Positions 56,469 through 64,000 of a stretch of 64,000 nucleotides of DNA are shown piece by piece. The translations under genes were made by a program, and so were the position numbers. Each line of letters starts with the position of its first letter. Position 1 is the stretch's first letter. This DNA comes from Lingula anatina (taxonomy: Eukaryota; Animalia; Brachiopoda). The stretch is from assembly GCA_051362555.1 (NCBI GenBank), contig CM120646.1, positions 2,294,001 through 2,358,000 on the forward strand. Reading direction: 5' to 3'. A model generated the notes under the pieces. The model did no database searches. It worked only from the letters and a program-made list of their open reading frames with translations, and was not told where the DNA came from.

Positions 56469-57591
56469 GATAGCTTTGTGGGATCCTTAAGCTGTACAAA
56501 TCAAGGCTGTCTTTTTTTAATGATGTATTTTTATGTACAAGGGTGACACTGTTTGCTATTCTGGTAACCATTATGCTAAATGCCCTGTTGCATAATACAT
56601 GGGAGAGGTTAATGTAGGGATAGAGAAGGACTGAAAATTGTTTGAAAAATGTAGAAAAACAGGTTTACCTACATGAATATATTAAGCACCCTGTATGCCG
56701 CATCTAAAGTGCATGTAGTGCATATATATAGCTACATGTACATGTATCTATCAGTGGTAGCCCTTCGTGATTTATTAAAAATCACACTCCCGTCTTGATG
56801 TACTTTATTTGCAAGACATGTCTTTTACAAGAATTCTCTTTCTCACAATCGTGAGCTATTGTTTCTTGATTCACCTCTGATTAGAATTAGTTTCCGTAGG
56901 TTTTGAACTAATTTTAATATAAGCAATTTTACTTCATTTTTCGTTTCCTGATGATCGCTGCACCTGATATACTTTTGCATCCAGATGGAAATATCATATC
57001 GTTAAAATTGTATATCATTGTAACGTGTTTCTGATAAAAGAACCAACAGTAATAATACGTCTACAACTGTCCTCGATAGACAACTGGTGTCGTCTGCATG
57101 ATATTTTTCGTCTAAAATGCCCGCTCTACTGCTTCGATTTTCCTAGAATTTTTATGACCATAGGGACCATATAAAGACTAAGTAATCCTAATATTTTTTT
57201 TGTATTTTTTCTTTTGTCAGTTTAATTTTGACAGGCCCCATGGTTTCAATCACGACATTTAAGACTTAAACACAGATTTTACGGCCATATTGTAACAATA
57301 TCACCAGAGATCTCTGGTGATATTGTGCGGTGATCTCTGGTGATATTGTAACAATATCACCAGAGATCACCGCACAATAAATTGCGAACAATTAGGACGA
57401 TCATCATCCTTGTTTCTCGCTGAATGAACAAATATGTCATTCAGAAACTCTTAAAAATAAAAACTAAGTGTGATTTTTTTTTAATTTCGAAATATGCTGT
57501 ACTGTGCATCAACGCCTTATAGCTCAAACAGTGTAGAAATGGCGCAACTTTAGAAAAGCGCATATAAAACTGAAATCATTGACTTGTGATC

Positions 57592-57728
57592 CATCTTCAA
57601 CCCGGAAGCCTCAGACACATCGGTTCTTTCCTTGGCAGCACTCGAGCTGCGGGGATGTTCGGATTTGGTTTTGATGGATCGAAACTAAACTCCATGCAAG
57701 GCTCGGTGTCGGATGCCAAAACATAACT
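57592..57728 (-). pseudogene. Orphan frameshifted fragment of clade-B last exon
   Basis: Minus strand reads SDTEPCMEFSFDPSKPNPNIPAAR, then a 1-nt deletion relative to the ARAAAEKK codons. No upstream exons. Confidence 0.75.
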
Positions 57729-58392
57729 CAACGGCACATGATAATGTCATTATTGAAAGGTGATTTAATTTTTACGCTAAAAACACACAAATTTGAGTGC
57801 AGGAGAAATAAGGCGATAAAATTATGGTATACAGGTATGTACGAATATCTTGCAATTAAAGATGTAATATACCAGCATTAAATGCGTTTGCGTTATACGA
57901 CTATGTTTTCTTTTAATGATTTTACAAATTCAAATAAAAAAGTCCTATTAAGATTAGCTTACATATCCAAACACTGACATGCATAAAATGTTAAATCACA
58001 AAATATTGAGTGAAACCTTCAAAATAAACGTCCACTGACATGAAACAGTCGGAAATAGATCAACAAAAGGAACATGGAAATATGAACTTTTGGGCCACGT
58101 TAGATGCGTTACTCTCAGCTACAATCGTAAAAGTCCGAGTGACAGAGGTGATTTTCGTTATCAAATATTCTGTGAAAACAGAAATGAAACAATGAGCAAA
58201 TTGTTCCCTTTCGACCATTGGTTGTTGTCATGGTAAAATTAACCTGCAGATATACGCTTTTCAACTACAAAAGTTTAATTTCAATGTTCATTGATGAAAT
58301 ATGTCATTCAAAAACTCATAAAATAAAGATTAAAGCGAAAAAGACTTTTAAATCCAAAAATGCTATATAATACAGGTAGACACACTGTACAA

Positions 58393-59711
58393 CTAAAACA
58401 GTGGAGGGGCAGTGTACAGTAAGAACAGCGTAAAGAGAACAAAAAGCCCTGACGGGAGATACATCTTGAGTCCGGAAGTCCCAGACACAGCTGCCTTTTT
58501 CTCGGCAGCGGCTCGAGACACAGGGATGTTCGGATTTGGTTTTGCTGGATCGAAACTAAACTCCATGCAGGGTTCGGTGTCTGGTACCACGTGATATCCG
58601 CCATCCCATATGGTGTTGCAGAAATCAGCAGCTGACGTGTACATCTCAGTGTATTTCCTACACACCGCGTCCTTTGGGCAAATGTTCATACCTGAAAAGC
58701 AACATCATGAAATAAAATATTTTTGAAGACAAGGTTTGTTATTTGAATAGGCTAGGGTAACTTGGGCCACCATTTTACACAATACGAAAATAACGTGTAA
58801 GACAGCGTTATAAAGGGGAGGGCTTAATCGTACAAGTTTAGATTTGCCTTGATAATCATAAGTTAATTCACGCGTATTCGAACATTTTAACATCTACCAT
58901 TTTCATGTTAAAAGTTCTGCCTGAGAATTGAAAAAAAAAAAAAAGCTTCGATGTTGATATCTTAAGCGGCAAAAGAACTGTAAATGTAACGAGCTTTACA
59001 GCGTGTGCGAAAGGAATAATTAAACCCAATTTTAAGCCAATTTACTAGGAAGCATTATCATTTGGTAGTTGGTTGCCATTTTGGTTTTATCAAATTGCAT
59101 CAATATCATTACAACAAATGTTAAGTAATATTTCGTCTTCAGCCTGAAGTATAAATGGTCTATTCATTTTTACAATTTACATTCAACTAGTTTTTTGTCT
59201 TATGCTGATAATATCAGTGATGTGTTCTCTACCTCTTACAAAGAGTAAACATGCGTCACGTTGGCGCCACGTGGCTACATACATAAACCGCGTTGCTGCC
59301 ATGTTTTAACGTCGCAACAGCGTGGAAATTAAGCCACGGGACCCCAACGTAGCGTGTTGGTTTGGAAAAGACGTCGCTCACCATTAGCGTCCCAGGCAGG
59401 GTCGGTTAACCAGTTTCTGTGACACGTGTATTCCTCCTTGCAAGCGTTCCACCATTTGTCACACTGGCTGGCACACAATGGGAGATTCTTCAAACGGTGA
59501 CTATACGGGTATCCGTTCTGAAATGGATATTAAAAAAAAAAATCTAGCAATAAGTGATGGGGGTAGACAAATGGATGTGAGCATGTGTGCTCGTCTGTGT
59601 CAGAGAGAGGAAGAGAAAGAGAGAAAGAGGGAGAATACCTGTTTGTATGTGTGTGTGCCTGAATATTGAAATAGACAAGATAGATAGATTGATCATGTAG
59701 ATAGCAATATA

Positions 59712-59744
<33 letters not shown>

Positions 59745-61381
59745 TGTGTGCGCGCGTGCTTGACCTACCCCTATCACAATCCATGGCCCGGAGTGGGGTG
59801 AACATGCATAGAAGCACACTTCATCATGGTTCAATCTTTCACACTCCGGTGACAGACGCGGTTTCTGTGGACAGTGACCATAATCTGTCATGTTCATCCA
59901 CTGATGGTCTTCTAGGAAACTCGTGGTCATATTTGGCCTGCAGCAGGAACTGTCTCGGTAACGAGTGCACTGCAACAATATGCAGATGCAATATAAATAC
60001 ATGCACAACAAATACATTGTAAACAATTCATAGAAATATATATATTCTATTTTACCACAAAAACGGCAGTTATAGCAATCATTCTTAAATCTGTGTTTGC
60101 AATCAGACCATGTGACTTCCATTGATGACTATACTTCTTAATAATCTCTTAAGAGACCATTGCAAATTATACCAAATTTTTTAGAAAAAAAAAGGGACTA
60201 AATTTAAAATGGATTCCTTAACCATTGGCAAGTATGGAAAAATTACTGTTTACCCCAGGAAAATTCATTTTTTGGCCATAATAAACAGTTGTTATCCTTT
60301 TAACTAAACCGGACATTTATTGCAATGGTGGATATGGAATTTTTTGTGCTTTTTCTTGTTTCCCTTTTTTCCATCCCTATGCCCGATACGTCAATTCCCC
60401 ACCGCCTTACACTGTTTAATAAAGGGTTTGAGGGTGTTGTCCCTATTGGGAAAATATATTATCCACAAGCGAATGAACAATAGCCTATTTTTTTCATTTT
60501 GTTTAGCCAGTAAAAAACCGGTTTGAATTATGCACATTAATGCTTGTCCGCAAAGTTACCGAAAAAAATAGCGAAAAATGACCCTCCTGTAGCCTCATCT
60601 AACAGTAGATCAACTGTCAGTGGTCCGACAGCGTCTTAGACTGTTTTCCCATACCTGGATCGATCGAACAGGATCAATCCATCTGTGAAGGGTTTCTCGC
60701 TTAATTGCTTTCGGCTTAAGCAGCTTAGATGTCTGACACGCCTACTGAAGCTGCTAAACGATAATTAATTACCCCCTAGCAGCTTCAGTAGGCATTTAAG
60801 TCGCTTAAGTTGCTTGCAATTTCGCAAAAATCTCCTTGGAGATAGATCGATCCACAGTTAGTACGATAGGTTCTGGGCATGGTCCTTAAGATTTAGTCTC
60901 GCTCAGATTTATCAGTTCTGCTGAGATCGCGCTAAGGATTAAAAAAAAAACTCATATGATCCGTTTTGGCATGAATACAATAGGCCTATACCATGACTAT
61001 CCGGTGGAAGTACAGTATGCAAATACTACATAGCTTTGTGTTTACAATGAACTCAGGTACAGTGTATTGTGCTTTTTTACCTTTGTGCCGTAAGTGTTGT
61101 TATAGCATTGTTAACCGTTTTGGCGGTTTGCGTTGTTTGTAATTGGGGCACCGATCAAACATTTGCGTGTACATATATCTGAGAAGTTATCGATTTGCCG
61201 CTATACATCATGGACGGGGAAAACTGTGCCCCCTGGTCCACCAAAGGTTGGGAAATGTCAAAAATATAAATACGCAATTAAAGCGAATCAAAGATATGTT
61301 ATTATACAAAATGCACTGATAACCATTCAAATGAGAGGTGAATGTGGTTGCCCAGGGCCTAATAAATAACATTCTCTCTCT

Positions 61382-61412
<31 letters not shown>

Positions 61413-61583
61413 GTGTTTTACCTCCAGACCCGGTTCAGGCGACGGCCTTGACTTGCTATACTCGTTTGGTACGCTAATACACATGTTCAAGTAATCGTCT
61501 GCTGACATGCGTATGTCTGCTTTAACCACCATCCCCAGATTCAGGAAGGCGAAGCAGAGGACTTTAGTCAGTGTTACCGCCAT
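58393..61583 (-). CDS. Folate receptor-like, copy B3 (predicted GPI-anchored, 265 aa)
   Basis: Exons 61583-61422, 59969-59769, 59517-59382, 58691-58393; tail GLFVLFTLFLLYTAPPLF. Confidence 0.92.
60640..60890. repeat. Dispersed repeat, inverted copy of about 12200-12420
   Basis: GAGATAGATCGATCCACAGTTAG here is the reverse complement of CTAACTGTGGATCGATCTATCTC near 12232. Confidence 0.65.
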
Positions 61584-61679
61584 GGTGGTTGACCTCGAAT
61601 GTGCAAACAAAGTAAACAAATCGTAACAAATAAACACACCTGTTTAACGTGACAAAAGCCAACAGTTAATAAAGCTTAA

Positions 61680-62019
61680 AGGGATAATAACTCTTCGTTT
61701 TGGCCAAAAAATGAATTTTCCTGGAGTAAACAACAATTTTTCCATACTTACCAATGGTTAATGAATCCATTTTTACATTCAAAGTTAGTCCCTGGTTTTT
61801 TTCTAAAAAATTTTTTTTTTGTTAAAATCTCTTAAGAGATTATAACAGAGTATATATAGCCATCAATGGAGGTCATGTGGTCTGAAGACATGCTCACATA
61901 TCAGAATAATAGCTATAACTGCCGTTTTTCTTGTACATCAAATATATTATATTTCTATGAGTTGTTCACAATGTTTTTATTGTGTAATATAGACCTCATA
62001 CGAAGAGTTATTAACCCTT
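61680..62019. mobile_element. Kolobok-like MITE about 95 bp upstream of the B3 start codon
   Basis: TTAA|AGGGATAATAACTCTTCGT...ACGAAGAGTTATTAACCCT(T)|TTAA. Related partial copies at about 28288-28470 and 60040-60290. Confidence 0.65.
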
Positions 62020-63079
62020 TAAAACTTGTTTGACAGGTTAATACGTCATACGTGTAATATGAAACTTCTAGTATTGTGTTATTCAATACATACCTTTTTC
62101 GATATACTGGTATGGTGGTTGTATTATGCATATTGTATATAGCGAACAGTAATTGGGGAGTTGAAAAATTTGACACACGTGCATACACATACATACAATG
62201 TACATCCTTTTTTTAGTCTTTCAAAAAATGATAATTTCCTTAGAGGAAATGGAAACATATCATCCCAGGTCTAACTTATTTTTCTAATTTGTTTGTACCA
62301 GCACTGTAGTTGAAAATACAGATAAAAGTTTCAAAGGTATGTCTAGGTAGAAATATATTACTTATCAACAAATGTGTATTTCATCTGAAATAAGAGATTA
62401 GAAAAATGTGTAATCAGGATTGTCAGTGACATTTAACTGACTGGAAATTTCAGCGCATTAGAGAATAGATGACAAGATGACGTCATCCTGCTCGGTGGCA
62501 GCTACGTAACAGGTTGCGAAAGTTAACAAATTGTGATTTTTTTTAAATTAAAATTCTTTATGGCACATCATTGTATTCGGGTGGCATTAAAATTGTTTAT
62601 CATTCTAACTCGTTATTAGGTAAAAGAACCAACAGTAATAATACCTGTACGACTGCCTTATGTGAACAACTGGTGTCGTCCGCAAGATATTTTTCGTCTA
62701 AAATGCCCGCTGTATACAGTATACTGACTCGATTTTTCTAGATTTTTGTTCTTGACCGTAAGAACCACATTAAGACTAAATAAACCTACTTCTTTGTAAT
62801 TTTTTCTTTTGTCAGTTTATTTTTGGCAGATTTTAAGTCCAGATTTTAAATCCAGACCTCCATATTTTACCAATATCACCAGAGATTACTGCACAATGAA
62901 TTGCGAACCAACTGGACGATCATCATCCTTGTTTCTCGCTGAACAAATACTATGTCATCCATGAACTCTAAATCTCGAGATATGCAGTACTGTGCATCCA
63001 CACTTTACAGCTCAAACAATGCAGAACTGATGCATCATAAGAATAGCGCATATCAAACTAAAACCATTGACGTCTGATT

Positions 63080-63215
63080 CATCTTTAATCCGGAATCCTC
63101 AGACACAGCAGCCTGTTTCTCGGCAGCTCTCGAGCAACGGGGATATTTGGATTTGGTTTTGCTGGGTCGAATCTTAACTCCATGCAAGGCTTAGTGTCGG
63201 ATACTAAAACATAAG
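63080..63215 (-). pseudogene. Orphan frameshifted fragment of clade-B last exon (second copy)
   Basis: Minus strand reads YVLVSDTKPCMELRFDPAKPNPNIPVAR, with the same 1-nt deletion as 57592-57728. Confidence 0.75.
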
Positions 63216-63246
63216 TCAATGACGTGAATATGTCAGTATTAATATT

Positions 63247-63408
63247 CATTGGCGCCTGCAGAAAATTTTCCAGGGGGGGGGGGGGTGTAAGTCATTGAAG
63301 GGGGAGATAATGATTGGCTGGGTACCCGCAAAAAAAATGCAGTTCCAAAATTCCAATGTGACCCTATTGACCCCCCCCCCCCCCCCCCCCCCCCCGCGGA
63401 CGTCCACG
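63247..63408. mobile_element. hAT-like MITE
   Basis: 8-bp direct repeat TTAATATT on both sides; imperfect TIRs with subterminal G-run and C-run; absent from the paralogous segment near 57750. Confidence 0.7.
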
Positions 63409-64000
63409 TTAATATTGTAGGTGATTTAATTCTTACGCTAAAAATACACCAACGCTACAGATTTGAGTGCAGGAGAAATAAGGCGATAAAATCATCGTGT
63501 ATGTCCGAATATCTTGCAATTAATGATGTAATATACTGATATTACATGCGTTATACGAATACGTTTTTTATTGACCGGAAAAAAAAAATAAATAAATAAA
63601 ATAAAATAAATAAAATAAAAATGCTAAAGCACAATGTATAAAGCGAAACCTTCAAAATAAACGTCCACTGACATGAAACAGTCGGATATAGATCAACAAA
63701 AGGAACACTGAAATATGCACTATCGAGTCACATTAGATGCGTTACTCAATGCAATTAGAGCTATCGGCTACAATATTAGAAGTCTGTGTGGCAGAGATGA
63801 TATTCCTTATCAAATATTCCGTGAAAACGAAATGAAACAATAAACACATTGTCCTCTTCCAAACCTCCACATGTACGTTTTTAAATTACAAAAGTTTAAT
63901 TTCCTGGTTAATTGATTTAATATATATGTCATTCAGAAGCTCATAAAATGAATATTAAAGCGGAAAAGGCTTTTCAATCCAAAAATGGTATATAATACCG

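Larger units (their letters stand above)
62600..64000. repeat. Segmental duplicate of 57020-58375 (3' flank of B3)
   Basis: Collinear matches such as AAAGAACCAACAGTAATAATAC, GGACGATCATCATCCTTGTTTCTCGCTGAA and GAAACCTTCAAAATAAACGTCCACTGACATGAAACAGTCGGA. Confidence 0.9.

Noticed and set aside
34-64000. Remaining short ORFs in the track, including antisense ORFs over exons
   Set aside because: Chance ORFs, exon shadows or intron read-through; the real exons are covered by the spliced models.

Overview
Animal genomic DNA, not prokaryotic: it is AT-rich with GT-AG introns and many (CA)n/(GA)n microsatellites. The repeat content suggests an invertebrate, probably a mollusc (inference). Splicing exons by hand gives 11 intact genes that the ORF track only shows as fragments. 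Nine are 4-exon folate-receptor/riboflavin-binding-protein-fold genes, each with a signal peptide and 16 Cys in the mature domain. Six (A1-A6, + strand) lack a hydrophobic tail and are predicted secreted. Three (B1-B3, - strand) have a hydrophobic C-terminal tail and are predicted GPI-anchored; a fourth B copy probably ends just beyond the right edge. Two 5-exon 2'-5'-oligoadenylate-synthetase-like (OAS) genes with intact catalytic aspartates sit in the array, each directly downstream of an A copy. Highlights: A-paralog variation concentrates in the ligand-pocket segments; the paralogs are mosaics of one another; OAS copy 2 intron 3 holds a Penelope-like remnant forming a ~260-bp inverted repeat with two minimal hammerhead ribozyme motifs; and several transposon insertions have empty sites visible in paralogs. 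All coordinates and alignments were made by eye, and human FOLR1/OAS1 residue comparisons are from recalled sequences.
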